Notes: generated from the letters alone by a model not told the origin. Shown: positions 48,867 to 60,218, numbered from the stretch's first letter. The stretch is DNA of 64,000 bases from Acidimicrobiales bacterium (GCA_035555395.1 DATMGQ010000097.1:4457-68456); one strand, 5' to 3'. Numbers and translations: made by a program.

Positions 48867-50262
48867 CCCCCTCCCGCCGCCGCCACCCCCGCCGCCCGGC
48901 GCCGTGCCGAACCCGGCCGCCGATCGACCGGGCTCGCGCCCTGTGGAGGTCGAACCGGACGTCGACCCGGCTGACGAGATGCCCCTGTCGCGACCGGCCC
49001 GTGGCGCCCTGAAGGCGGCCGAGCGGATGCCGGACTGGGCCGGCTCCATCCGGTTCCGCCTCACCGCGATCTACTCGCTGCTGCTCTTCGGCGTGGCGGC
49101 GTTCATGCTCGCCGGGATGTACGGGTTCCTCGCGAGCCGCCTGCACGAGGAGAACGTGTACCGGACGTACCGCGTCACCACCGTCGAGCAGGTCCCGGGC
49201 GGGGTCATCGTCACGCCCCGCGAGGTGCAGGCCAGCTACCGGTCGGTGGAGGCGCTGGCCAACGAGCGGGCGCTGTCGCTCCTGCGGGGCTACTCGCTGT
49301 GCGCCCTGGTGGTCATGCTCTTCGTCAGCCTCGTGGTCGGCTGGTTCGTGGCCGGCCGCGTCCTCGCCCCGATCGGGCGCATCACCGGGGTCGCACGGGA
49401 GATCCAGGCCACCGACCTGTCCCGTCGCATCGCGCTGCGCGGGCCGCCCGACGAGCTCAAGGAGCTGGCCGACACCTTCGACGCCATGCTCACCCGCCTC
49501 GACGACGCGTTCGCCGGCCAGCAGCGCTTCATCCAGGAGGCGTCGCACGAGCTGCGGAACCCCCTCGCGGTCATCCGCACCAACCTCGACGTCGCCCTCT
49601 CGGACCCCGACGCCGACCCCGCCGAGCTCCGGCGCGTCGCCGAACTGGTCGGTGCGTCGGCGATGCGCATGTCGCGCCTCGTCGACGACCTGCTCGTCTA
49701 CGCCCGCCTCGGCGCGCCGGCCCGCGAGCACCTCCCCGTCGAACTGGGCGACCTGGTCGTCGACGCCGTCGACGAGTTCCAGGCGGTCGCCGCCTCCCGG
49801 ACCATCGAGCTGGTGATGGAGCTGGCGCCGTCGTGCGTGGTGGAGGGCGATGCCCTCGCCCTGCGCCAGGCGGTCGCCAACCTGCTCCACAACGCGGTCC
49901 GCCTCGCACCGGAGGGCAGCCGCATCTGGCTCGCCACCGGCACCGACGGCCCGGCCGCGTGGGTGACCGTGACCGACGAGGGCCCGGGCATCGCCGAGGA
50001 GGACCGGCCCAAGGTCTTCCAGCGCTTCTGGCGAGGCGACCAGAAGGCGGCGCGCGCCGAGGGCCGCAGCGGCCTCGGGCTGGCCATCGTCGCCCAGATC
50101 GTCGCCGACCACGGCGGCACCGCGACGGTGGCCGCCGCGCCCACCGGCGGGTCGATCTTCACCCTGTGGCTGCCCCTCGCCGGCACGGCGGTGACCATCG
50201 ACGCGGCCGCCGTGACCAGCGTCGACGCCCGCCCGGAGGACTCTCAGGAACCTGCCAGCTGA
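48859..50262 (+). CDS. HAMP-domain sensor histidine kinase
   Basis: two TM, HAMP, ASHELRNPL, NLLHNAV, DEGPGI, GLGLAIV. Confidence 0.95.
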   Translation: MPDPLPPPPPPPPGAVPNPAADRPGSRPVEVEPDVDPADEMPLSRPARGALKAAERMPDWAGSIRFRLTAIYSLLLFGVAAFMLAGMYGFLASRLHEENVYRTYRVTTVEQVPGGVIVTPREVQASYRSVEALANERALSLLRGYSLCALVVMLFVSLVVGWFVAGRVLAPIGRITGVAREIQATDLSRRIALRGPPDELKELADTFDAMLTRLDDAFAGQQRFIQEASHELRNPLAVIRTNLDVALSDPDADPAELRRVAELVGASAMRMSRLVDDLLVYARLGAPAREHLPVELGDLVVDAVDEFQAVAASRTIELVMELAPSCVVEGDALALRQAVANLLHNAVRLAPEGSRIWLATGTDGPAAWVTVTDEGPGIAEEDRPKVFQRFWRGDQKAARAEGRSGLGLAIVAQIVADHGGTATVAAAPTGGSIFTLWLPLAGTAVTIDAAAVTSVDARPEDSQEPAS

Positions 50263-50318
50263 CGCTTACCGGTCCTTTCGGGTCGCCTCCGTAGGTTCGG
50301 CGGCGAAAGGCAGGTCCG

Positions 50319-51641
50319 ATGTCTCCTGAACCCACCCCTCGCCCGCAGAGCCCCTGGGCCCCCACCTCGCCCACCGCCCCCGCATCGGGCGCGTCGTACC
50401 CGCCGCACGCCGCGACCCAGCCGGTCGCCGCGTACGTCCCTCCCACCGCGCCGCCCCGCCCGCTGTACCCGAGCACCGGCGCGCCGCCGGTCGCTGGTGG
50501 CGGGCAACCCCCGACCTGGCCGCCCACCGGGCCGTCCTCCTACGGTCCGCCGCCCGCCGAGCCCACCCCGAACCGCAAGGCCCGGCGCGAGCGCAAGGGC
50601 CGCGGTCGCAGCCTCGTCGCCGTCGCCGCCATCTCCGCCCTGCTCGCCGGGGCCGCCGGCGGCGCTGCCGGCGTCCTCGCCGCGGAGCACGACGACAAGC
50701 CCGACACCACCGCCGCCGCCCAGACCTCGCCGGTCTCCACCGAGGTGCCCCCGGTGAAGGGCGATTCGTCCGAGCCGGCGGCCGCCGTCGCCACCGCCCT
50801 CGGCCCGGCGGTCGTGCAGATCGAGACGTCGAAGGGCCTCGGCTCCGGGTTCATCTACGACGAGAGCGGCCTGATCATGACCGCCTCCCACGTGACCGAC
50901 GGCGAGTCGTCCGTCGAGGTGCGCATGGCCGACGGCACCCGCGCCACGGGCACGGTCGTGGGCGAGGACCCGTCGACCGACGTGGCGGTCGTGAAGATCG
51001 AGCCGACCAAGGACATGGCCGTCGCCACCCTCGGCACCGGCGTCACGGTGAAGGTCGGCCAGACGGCCATCGCGATCGGCAGCCCGTTCGGCCTCGACCA
51101 GAGCGTCACCGCCGGCATCGTCAGCGCCGTCGGCCGCTCCGCCGAGACGCCCGGCGGCGTGATCCCCGCCATCCAGACCGATGCGCCGATCAACTCGGGC
51201 AACTCGGGCGGCGCCCTCGCCGACCGCACCGGCCGGGTCATCGGGATCAACGACTCGATCGCCACCGGCGGCAGCAACGCCACCGGCAACCTCGGCATCG
51301 GCTTCGCCATCCCGATCGACATCGCCAAGTCCGTGGCCGACCGGCTCGTGGCCGGGCAGTCCACCGAGGCCGGGTTCCTCGGCGTCGAGGGCGCCGATGC
51401 CACCGGAAGCCACACCGGCGCCGCCATCACCTCCGTCTCCGCTGGCTCGCCGGCCGCCGACGCGGGGCTCACGGAGAACGACGTCGTCGTCGCCGTCGAC
51501 GGGAAGCCGGTGTCGTCGATGATCGACCTGGCGGCCAAGGTCCGCACCCACCAGCCCGGCGAGACCGTGGAGCTGACGGTGTCGACCAACGGTGCGCAGC
51601 GGGTGGTCGACGTCACCCTGGGGACCGCCCCCGCCAACTGA
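50319..51641 (+). CDS. HtrA/S1C serine protease with PDZ domain
   Basis: GSGFI, TASHV, DVAVV, IGSPFGL, QTDAPINSGNSGG, PDZ GSPAADAGL. Confidence 0.93.
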   Translation: MSPEPTPRPQSPWAPTSPTAPASGASYPPHAATQPVAAYVPPTAPPRPLYPSTGAPPVAGGGQPPTWPPTGPSSYGPPPAEPTPNRKARRERKGRGRSLVAVAAISALLAGAAGGAAGVLAAEHDDKPDTTAAAQTSPVSTEVPPVKGDSSEPAAAVATALGPAVVQIETSKGLGSGFIYDESGLIMTASHVTDGESSVEVRMADGTRATGTVVGEDPSTDVAVVKIEPTKDMAVATLGTGVTVKVGQTAIAIGSPFGLDQSVTAGIVSAVGRSAETPGGVIPAIQTDAPINSGNSGGALADRTGRVIGINDSIATGGSNATGNLGIGFAIPIDIAKSVADRLVAGQSTEAGFLGVEGADATGSHTGAAITSVSAGSPAADAGLTENDVVVAVDGKPVSSMIDLAAKVRTHQPGETVELTVSTNGAQRVVDVTLGTAPAN

Positions 51642-51716
51642 TCCGGACGCCTCCTGGAGGGGTGACGACCCCGGCTCCGAGAGGGGCCGGGGTCCACCGG
51701 TAGGCTCCGTGCCGTC

Positions 51717-52880
51717 ATGGAACCGGTCATCCTCATCCTCCTCGCCCTGATCATCGTGATCGGGGCTGCCAGCCTCCTCGTCAGCACGCGCAAGCGCCGC
51801 GAGAAGGTCGAGCTCGAAGCCGTCCGCCAGTCCACGCTGGCCCCCGGCGCGCCCACCGTCCCGCCCGAGGTCAAGGACCGGATCGGCAAGCAGGACGCCG
51901 AGGCGCCCCGTGGTCCCGCCGCACCCGTCGAGGTCGAGGAACCGGTCGAGGAGGCGCCCACGATCGTGCCTCCGGTGGAGGCCCCGCCCAAGCGTCCGAG
52001 CTTCCGGGACCGCCTGTCCAAGGCCCGGGCCACCTTCGCCGGCTTCCTCGGCCGGTCCAAGATCGACGCCGAGACGTGGGACGAGCTCGAGGAGGCGCTG
52101 ATCCGCGCCGACCTCGGCGTCGGCCCGGCCTCCGCGCTGATCGAGCACCTCAAGGAGCGGGTCAAGGAGGAGGGCCTCGAGTCCGGCGACGAGCTGGTCG
52201 CGGTCCTGAAGGCCGAGATGAAGGCCCGCCTCGCCGGCAAGGACCGCTCCCTGACCATCGACGAGGGCCAGACCAACGTGTGGCTGTTCGTCGGCGTCAA
52301 CGGCGTCGGCAAGACCACCACCATCGGCAAGCTGGGCAAGCGCATGACGGGGGAGGGGCACTCCGTGGTCATGGCCGCGGGCGACACCTTCCGTGCCGCC
52401 GCAGCGGAGCAGCTCGGCACGTGGGCCGATCGCTCGGGTGCCCAGCTCGTGCGCGGCGCCGAGGGCGGCGACCCGTCGGCGATCATCTTCGACGCCATCG
52501 AGTCGGCCGCGGCCAAGGGCGCCGACCTCGTGCTGGCCGACACCGCCGGCCGCCTCCACACCAAGAGCAACCTGATGGAGGAGCTCAAGAAGGTGCGGCG
52601 GGTCGCGAGCAAGGAGCCGGGCCACGTCACCGAGGTCCTGCTCGTCATCGACGCCACCACCGGCCAGAACGGCCTGGTCCAGGCCCGGCAGTTCACCGAG
52701 GCGACCGAGGTCACCGGCGTGGTGCTCACCAAGCTCGACGGCTCGGCCAAGGGCGGCATCGTGTTCGCCATCCAGTCCGAGCTCGGCATCCCGGTCAAGC
52801 TGGTCGGCCTCGGCGAGACCGCCGACGACCTGGTCGACTTCGATCCCGACGAGTTCGTCGACGCCCTGTTCACCGCCTGA
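51717..52880 (+). CDS. ftsY: signal recognition particle receptor FtsY
   Basis: GVNGVGKTTTIGK, DTFRAAA, DTAGRLH, DATTGQN, TKLDGSAKGG. Confidence 0.97.
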   Translation: MEPVILILLALIIVIGAASLLVSTRKRREKVELEAVRQSTLAPGAPTVPPEVKDRIGKQDAEAPRGPAAPVEVEEPVEEAPTIVPPVEAPPKRPSFRDRLSKARATFAGFLGRSKIDAETWDELEEALIRADLGVGPASALIEHLKERVKEEGLESGDELVAVLKAEMKARLAGKDRSLTIDEGQTNVWLFVGVNGVGKTTTIGKLGKRMTGEGHSVVMAAGDTFRAAAAEQLGTWADRSGAQLVRGAEGGDPSAIIFDAIESAAAKGADLVLADTAGRLHTKSNLMEELKKVRRVASKEPGHVTEVLLVIDATTGQNGLVQARQFTEATEVTGVVLTKLDGSAKGGIVFAIQSELGIPVKLVGLGETADDLVDFDPDEFVDALFTA

Positions 52881-52935
52881 CCGCACCACCCATCGCCATC
52901 TCGAGCCCCACCCGCTCGCCCCACCGGAGGTTCCC

Positions 52936-53145
52936 GTGTTCAAGGTCCTGCTGTTCCCGTTCCGAGCGCTGATCCTGTTCTTCAAGCTCTCCGGGGTGAA
53001 GGGAGGCCTGCTGTTCCTGATGGGCATCGCCGTCGGCCTGCTCATCGCGCCGCAGACCGGTCCCGAGCTGCGGGCCCGGATCCAGGCCAAGCTCGCCGAG
53101 CGCTCCGGCGGCCTCCCCGCCGAGCAGGAGTACAACCGCCTCTGA
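52936..53145 (+). CDS. small membrane protein (YtxH-like)
   Basis: GIAVGLLIAPQTGPELR motif; GGAGG RBS. Confidence 0.7.
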   Translation: MFKVLLFPFRALILFFKLSGVKGGLLFLMGIAVGLLIAPQTGPELRARIQAKLAERSGGLPAEQEYNRL

Positions 53146-53285
53146 CCTCCGGCTCGTGCCGCCGCCGTCGCCCGTCGACGGGGGCCGCACGAGGAATCCG
53201 GAACCAGACCCCGGTCGGTGGGAACGACGTGGGTGAAGGAGCACCTCCGCCCCTTCATCCACGGCGACGACTGACAGGGGAAACG

Positions 53286-53939
53286 ATGAACGTCAAGCGA
53301 ACCTCGAAGGCGGCGGTGCTCGTCTTCGGCTTCATGGCGCTGGTGGCGGTGGCGGCAGCCCCCGCCTCGGCCGCCTCGAGCCCGTTCAACGTCGAGGCCC
53401 AGCGGATGCGGATCTCGGTGGGCTCGACCAACTTCGACACGCCCGGGTCCACCCCCGCGACGTGCATCGGCTCGACCGCGATCGCGGGCACCATCGACGA
53501 CACGACGGGCACGATCAACGGCAGCATCAACATCTCGTCGTCGGACTTCGCGGCGCCGTTCACCTCCGGCCGGTACCGGCTCACCGCCACCGGCACGTCG
53601 GGCACCGGCACCTACAACGCCGGGACCGGAACGTTCAGCGGGCTGTCGTTCTCGACGATCACCTTCACGATCAAGTCGATCAACACCAGCACGTGCGCCG
53701 TGGGCTCCACGGTGTGCTCGGGCACCGCGTCGCTCACGGCGTCGGGCGGGCTCGTGACCGGTTCGACCGTGCCGCTCTCCACCGGGGAGCAGGTCTACGT
53801 GAACGGCACCGGCAGCATCTCCACCACGTCGGGCTGCGGCTTCCCGTGGGGCCTCGTCGTCTCGCCCGGGGCGTCGTTGACCATCGGCAAGAACCCGGCG
53901 ACGCCTGCCGACGCAGGCGCCATCTTCCAGCAGCTCTGA
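53286..53939 (+). CDS. secreted Ser/Thr/Gly-rich beta protein
   Basis: signal peptide ending APASA; four Cys; beta-strand periodicity. Confidence 0.7.
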   Translation: MNVKRTSKAAVLVFGFMALVAVAAAPASAASSPFNVEAQRMRISVGSTNFDTPGSTPATCIGSTAIAGTIDDTTGTINGSINISSSDFAAPFTSGRYRLTATGTSGTGTYNAGTGTFSGLSFSTITFTIKSINTSTCAVGSTVCSGTASLTASGGLVTGSTVPLSTGEQVYVNGTGSISTTSGCGFPWGLVVSPGASLTIGKNPATPADAGAIFQQL

Positions 53940-54056
53940 CCTGGAACCTCCCCCCAGCAACAGGGCGCTCGGTGCCTGGGCCTTCGTGGCCCGGGCACCG
54001 AGCTCCCGCGTGAACCCCGAAGCCATCGCCAACCCGATCCAAGGAGCCCTTCCCGC

Positions 54057-54707
54057 ATGACGTCCACCCGTGCCCACCGTCCCGTCGTCCGCCGCCTCGG
54101 CGCCAGCGCCGCGGCCGCCGCCCTCATCGCCTTGTCGTTCGCGGCATCGCCGGCCCAAGCCGACGAGGTCACCTACCAGGCCACCTGCTCGCTCGGCGGG
54201 CTCTCCGCACCGCAGGACTTCGTCCTGTCCGGCGACGTCGAGGCCGGGCCGGTGGAGGCCGGGGGACCGGTCGCCATCTCCGGGCTCACCTACAGCGACC
54301 AGTACGGCGAGGGCTACCACATCTGGGTCACCGTCGGCGGCACCGTCATCGACCTCGGGACGACCGCCGGACCTGACGGGGGCACCAAGTCCACCACGCC
54401 CGTCGACGCCACCATCACCGCCCCGGGCACCGGGGGCAGCTTCGAGGTGGCGCCGACCTCGGTCCGGCTGGCGGCGCCGGGCTCGGACTTCGAGATCGAC
54501 TGCCCCGTCACCACGAGCCCCGGCCCGATCGGGGTGGTCGAGGTGACGGCCGCGGCCACCACCAGCACGTCCACCACGGCCGTGGCCACCACGGCGCCGT
54601 CGTCCACGTCGACCTCGACGCCGGGTGGTGGCACCGGCAGCGGTGGCACCGGTTCGACCGCACCCGGAGCCGTTCCGGTGAGCGGGAGCGCCGCCTACAC
54701 GGGATGA
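54057..54707 (+). CDS. secreted protein with Thr-rich linker and YTG tail
   Basis: signal peptide ending SPAQA; two Cys; ends GAVPVSGSAAYTG. Confidence 0.75.
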   Translation: MTSTRAHRPVVRRLGASAAAAALIALSFAASPAQADEVTYQATCSLGGLSAPQDFVLSGDVEAGPVEAGGPVAISGLTYSDQYGEGYHIWVTVGGTVIDLGTTAGPDGGTKSTTPVDATITAPGTGGSFEVAPTSVRLAAPGSDFEIDCPVTTSPGPIGVVEVTAAATTSTSTTAVATTAPSSTSTSTPGGGTGSGGTGSTAPGAVPVSGSAAYTG

Positions 54708-54799
54708 TCGCGCCGCTGGCGGAGACGGGCCGGCGCACGAGATCAGCGGGATGCCGCCATGCGAACCAGGCGGCGGAGGTTGGAGGGGGTGTGGAACCG

Positions 54800-55318
54800 A
54801 TGGAGGTGGTGTCGGCGGACGGGTTCCGCACCCTCTACGACCGCCATTCGCCGGCGGTCTACCGCTACCTGGCCCACCGCGTCGGGCCCACCACCGCCGA
54901 GGACCTCCTGGCCACGGTCTTCACCACCGCGTGGACCAGCCGGGACCGGCTCGCGGAGGTCCCCTCCGACCGCGAGATCGCCTGGCTGCTCGCCGTGTCG
55001 CGCCACGCCGTCCAACACCACCACCGAGACCAGCAGCGCCACCACCGGCGGGTCGCGGCCGCCCGCCCGGAGGTGCCAGGCGCCTCGGTCGACGAGGGCG
55101 TGGTCGAACGGATGGCCGCCGCCGAGGCGGTGCGGTCCATCGTGCCGACCCTGTCCGACGACGAGCAGCGGCTCGTCGAGAGCTACGTCCTGGGCGACGG
55201 CTCCTACGAGCGCGTCGCCCAGGACCTCGCGCTGCCGGTGGGCACCGTGAAGTCCCGGATGAGCAGGCTGCGGACCCGCCTGCGCCGGTCCCGAGGAGGT
55301 GGATCGGATGCACGATGA
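54800..55318 (+). CDS. ECF RNA polymerase sigma factor
   Basis: FRTLYDRH..AVYRY, AEDL...F..AW, AWLLAV, SYE.VA..L..PVGTVKSRMSR. Confidence 0.88.
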   Translation: MEVVSADGFRTLYDRHSPAVYRYLAHRVGPTTAEDLLATVFTTAWTSRDRLAEVPSDREIAWLLAVSRHAVQHHHRDQQRHHRRVAAARPEVPGASVDEGVVERMAAAEAVRSIVPTLSDDEQRLVESYVLGDGSYERVAQDLALPVGTVKSRMSRLRTRLRRSRGGGSDAR

Positions 55319-56165
55319 CCACGAACTGACCCCGGACCAGGCCGAACGGGTGTGGGCGCGCGTCGAGGCCTTCATCGCCGACGACCTCGCCGCGGCCCGC
55401 ATCGACGATGAGGCGCCGCCGCTGGCTTCGGTCCCCGCGGCTCCGGCGGCACCGACATCGGGACGCGGTGACGTGCGCTGGATGCGGGCGGCCATCGTCG
55501 TCGTCCTCGCTGGACTGGCCGTCGCCATCGGCCTCGGTCTGCGGTCTCGCACCGACCACCGCGAGGTGACCCAGACCCTCACCGTGGCCGACCTGGCCCG
55601 CCAGGCGGGCGACGGCGGCGGGGCCGAACCACGCGATCCGCGCTACCTGGAGGTCAAGGTCCGGCACCCCGATGCCGTTGAACGGGAGGAGAACTGGATC
55701 GACGCGTCGGGCCGGGGCTGCTTCCAGGCGAGGCAGCTCGAACCCGTCGCCGACCCCGGAGGCGGACCCCAGTGCGGCGAGGACATGGTGCGGATCGGCG
55801 GGTTGACGCTGCCCCAGCTCGAGGCGGTCGCGTCCGCCCCGGACCCGGCGGCCGCCATCGAGGACGCGCTGATCGCCAACGACGCCCTCAACACCCCGGG
55901 GGTGCGAGCCGAGCTCATCGCCACGCTCCTCGCCTGGGGCGACGTCGATCCGACGGTGCGAGCAGCCGGCTTCGAGCTCCTCGATCGGGCGGGTTTCACC
56001 GTCGAGGAGGCGACCCCCGACCGCATCGTGCTGGTCGGCCCCGGGGCCGAAGGCCAGATCCGCATCGTCGTCGACCCGTCGAGCACCCAGGTGCGCAGCT
56101 TCGCCGCCACCGACGGGCCCACCAGCCGAACGTTCGCACCCGGCCAGCAGCCGCTGCCGGAGTGA
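55308..56165 (+). CDS. putative membrane anti-sigma factor
   Basis: overlaps sigma stop; short N-domain, one TM, extracytoplasmic domain (ENWID..G, P.VRAAGFELL) resembling CU044_5270-type partners. Confidence 0.65.
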   Translation: MHDDHELTPDQAERVWARVEAFIADDLAAARIDDEAPPLASVPAAPAAPTSGRGDVRWMRAAIVVVLAGLAVAIGLGLRSRTDHREVTQTLTVADLARQAGDGGGAEPRDPRYLEVKVRHPDAVEREENWIDASGRGCFQARQLEPVADPGGGPQCGEDMVRIGGLTLPQLEAVASAPDPAAAIEDALIANDALNTPGVRAELIATLLAWGDVDPTVRAAGFELLDRAGFTVEEATPDRIVLVGPGAEGQIRIVVDPSSTQVRSFAATDGPTSRTFAPGQQPLPE

Positions 56166-56187
56166 ACCCCATCCTCGAGGAGGATCC

Positions 56188-56697
56188 ATGAAGCTCAGGA
56201 CCATCGTCCCGCTCTCCGGTGCCGTGCTGGTGGGCCTCGGCCCGGCGCTCGCGCCCTCGCCGGTCGGAGCGGCGCCCGCCGCTGCGGCCCGCTCCGCCGA
56301 CGTCGACACCGAGCCGCTGAGCTGCACCACCGAGGCGCTCACGCTCGAGGAGGCCGAGGAGGGGGCCACCGTCGAGATCACCTGCGCCGAGCGGCCGTCG
56401 CTCTCGCGGGCCTCGGTGGCCGGCGACGTGCTGATGGCGGTGCACTACAGCGGCCTCGGCGGCACGGGCTCCACGCTGTCGATCTACGGCCCCGCCGACT
56501 GCTCCGACGTCGTGGTGTTCGGCGCGGCGGACCCCTGGAACGACACCATCGAGTCCACCCGGCCGCGGGCGTGCGGGAACATCAAGCACTTCGTCGGCAC
56601 GGGCCTCACCGGCGAGAACGAAGTCGTGTCCGGCTCGGTCACCACGAACCTCACGACGCTGCGCAACCGCACGTCGTCGATGGGCTACGGCGCGTGA
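56188..56697 (+). CDS. secreted protein, C-terminus resembles beta/gamma-crystallin / peptidase inhibitor I36 domain
   Basis: signal peptide; GAGGAGG RBS; WNDTIES and NRTSS motifs; four Cys. Confidence 0.65.
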   Translation: MKLRTIVPLSGAVLVGLGPALAPSPVGAAPAAAARSADVDTEPLSCTTEALTLEEAEEGATVEITCAERPSLSRASVAGDVLMAVHYSGLGGTGSTLSIYGPADCSDVVVFGAADPWNDTIESTRPRACGNIKHFVGTGLTGENEVVSGSVTTNLTTLRNRTSSMGYGA

Positions 56698-57521
56698 CCG
56701 CTGCCGAGGCGCTCGACGAGCCCGGCTTCGACGAGGCCGGCTTCGACGAGGTTGCGGCCCTGCTCGCGGCCACCCAGGGCGCCGACGCCACCGGATGGCG
56801 CCCCGAGGACCGGCTCGACGACGTCCTCGTGTGGGACTCGCTGGCGGTGGCCGAGGCGCTCGAGCTCTTCGAGGAGCGCGGCCGCTGGCTCGCGCCCGAG
56901 GCGGTCGCCTCCCTCTCGACGTTGGGCGACGTGGCCCACTACCTGGCAGCGCCGGGCACCCGCGTCGACGGCTCCGGGATCGAACCGCCCCGCCTGGTCC
57001 CGATGACCGCGGCCGACGAGCCGGCGGCCCTGCGCCTCCACACCGAGGGCGGAGCGCTCACCCGGTACCGGCTGCGGGGCACCACGCCCAGCCCGGAGCA
57101 GTTCCACCGCTTCCTCTGGGACCAGGTGCTGGTCCAGCACCTGGTCGTCGCCGGCACCGAGGTCATCGGGATGGTCACGGCCTTCGAGGCCGACCACCGC
57201 AACCGCCACGCCCACGTCGCCGCGATCGCCGCGCCGGCCCACCGCTCGACCGGACTGGTCCCGTGGGCGCTGCTGCGGTTCGTCGACGAGCTGTTCGCCA
57301 CGTTCGACCTCCGCAAGCTCTACGCCGAGGTGCTGGAGCCGAACCTCGCCGCGTTCGGCAGCGGGCTCGACCGCCGCTTCGCCATCGAGGGCCGCCTCCG
57401 CGGCCACGAGTACGTCGACGGCGACTACGTCGACCTCCTCGTGCTGGCGACGACGCCGTCGTCGGTCGCGCCCGACCGGGAGCGCCGCCGGGTGGAGGGG
57501 GCGGGCGAACCCGTCCGGTAG
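56694..57521 (+). CDS. acyl carrier protein-GNAT acyltransferase fusion
   Basis: N-term PEDRLDDVLVWDSLAVAE..TLGDV (ACP-like, DSL Ser); C-term RimJ/RimL-like FDLRKLYAEV..N..F.IEGRLR.H.Y.DG.Y.D. Confidence 0.75.
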   Translation: MTAAEALDEPGFDEAGFDEVAALLAATQGADATGWRPEDRLDDVLVWDSLAVAEALELFEERGRWLAPEAVASLSTLGDVAHYLAAPGTRVDGSGIEPPRLVPMTAADEPAALRLHTEGGALTRYRLRGTTPSPEQFHRFLWDQVLVQHLVVAGTEVIGMVTAFEADHRNRHAHVAAIAAPAHRSTGLVPWALLRFVDELFATFDLRKLYAEVLEPNLAAFGSGLDRRFAIEGRLRGHEYVDGDYVDLLVLATTPSSVAPDRERRRVEGAGEPVR

Positions 57522-57533
57522 AGTCGCCACCCC

Positions 57534-58979
<1,446 letters not shown>

Positions 58980-59102
58980 CCACCCCGGTCGCCGCCGGGC
59001 CTGCGCTTGCGTGGACCCGTCTCCAGCGACCACCATTGACCCTCGGCCTGACTTCGCTCGGCCCCCGTTCTCACAAGTACCAGTTACCGAAAGAAGACCC
59101 TC

Positions 59103-59393
59103 GTGGCCGTCAAGCTCCGCCTCATGCGGATGGGCAAGAAGAAGCAGCCCACCTACCGCGTCGTCGCCGCCGACTCGCGGTCGCCCCGGAACGGGCGGTT
59201 CATCGAGATCGTCGGCACCTACCAGCCCCGCCAGGAGCCCTCGGTCGTGCTGATCGACAACGAGAAGGCCGTGAAGTGGCTGCGCAACGGTGCCCAGCCC
59301 ACCGACACCGTCGAGCGCCTCCTGAAGATCTCCGGTGCCTGGGACGAGTTCAAGGGCAACAAGGCGCCGGCCGCTGCCGGGGCCGAGTCGTGA
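59103..59393 (+). CDS. rpsP: 30S ribosomal protein S16
   Basis: [41 protein letters not shown]. Confidence 0.97.
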   Translation: MAVKLRLMRMGKKKQPTYRVVAADSRSPRNGRFIEIVGTYQPRQEPSVVLIDNEKAVKWLRNGAQPTDTVERLLKISGAWDEFKGNKAPAAAGAES

Positions 59394-59686
59394 GCGACGC
59401 TGACGCCACCCCCGAGGTGGAGGAGTCGGCAGCGCCCACCGAGGCGCCCAACGCCGTCTCCGTGCTGACCTACGTGGTCAAGCAGGTCGTCGACAACCCC
59501 GACGCCGTCTCCGTGTCCACGAGCGAGGGCCGCCGCGGCGGCCTCCAGCTCGACGTCCGCGTCGGCGACGGGGACATGGGCCGGGTCATCGGCAAGCGCG
59601 GGCGCATCGCCCAGTCGATCCGCACGGTTGTCCGGGCCGCCGCCGTCAAGGACGGCGCCCAGGTCGACATCGAGTTCGTCGACTGA
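59390..59686 (+). CDS. khpA: KH domain RNA-binding protein KhpA
   Basis: [27 protein letters not shown]. Confidence 0.92.
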   Translation: MSDADATPEVEESAAPTEAPNAVSVLTYVVKQVVDNPDAVSVSTSEGRRGGLQLDVRVGDGDMGRVIGKRGRIAQSIRTVVRAAAVKDGAQVDIEFVD

Positions 59687-59735
59687 TCTTCGGTCCTCCT
59701 GGCGCCTCGGCGCCGACGCACCGACCACGTTCACG

Positions 59736-60218
59736 ATGACCCAGCTGGAGATCGGCCGCATCGGCAAGGCCCACGGCCTGCGCGGCGAGGTCACCGCCGT
59801 CATCTCTTCGGACCGCCCCGAGCGCACCGCGCCCGGGGCGGTGTGGATCCTGGACTCGGGCTCGTACACCGTGCGGGCCATCCGGCCGTTCCAGGCGAAG
59901 TGGATCGCCGCCCTCGACGGCGTCGAGACGCGGGAGGCCGCCGAGGCCCTCACCGGCTCGGTCATCTCGGGCGAGCCGATCGACGACGACGACGCCCTCT
60001 GGGCCCACGAGCTGCTGGGCGCCACCGTCGTGACGCCCGACGGCCAGGAGTGGGGGAGCGTCGCCGCCATCTACCCGAACCCGGCCAGCGACCTGATCGA
60101 GCTGGCCGACGGCACGCTCATCCCCACGGTCTTCGTCACCGACCAGTCCGGCCTCCCGGACCGCGTCGTCGTCGACCCGCCCGAGGGTCTGCTCCAAGGC
60201 GAGCCCGAAGAAGCCTGA
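59736..60218 (+). CDS. rimM: ribosome maturation factor RimM
   Basis: IGRIGKAHGLRGEV, TREAAEALTG, DPPEGLL. Confidence 0.92.
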   Translation: MTQLEIGRIGKAHGLRGEVTAVISSDRPERTAPGAVWILDSGSYTVRAIRPFQAKWIAALDGVETREAAEALTGSVISGEPIDDDDALWAHELLGATVVTPDGQEWGSVAAIYPNPASDLIELADGTLIPTVFVTDQSGLPDRVVVDPPEGLLQGEPEEA

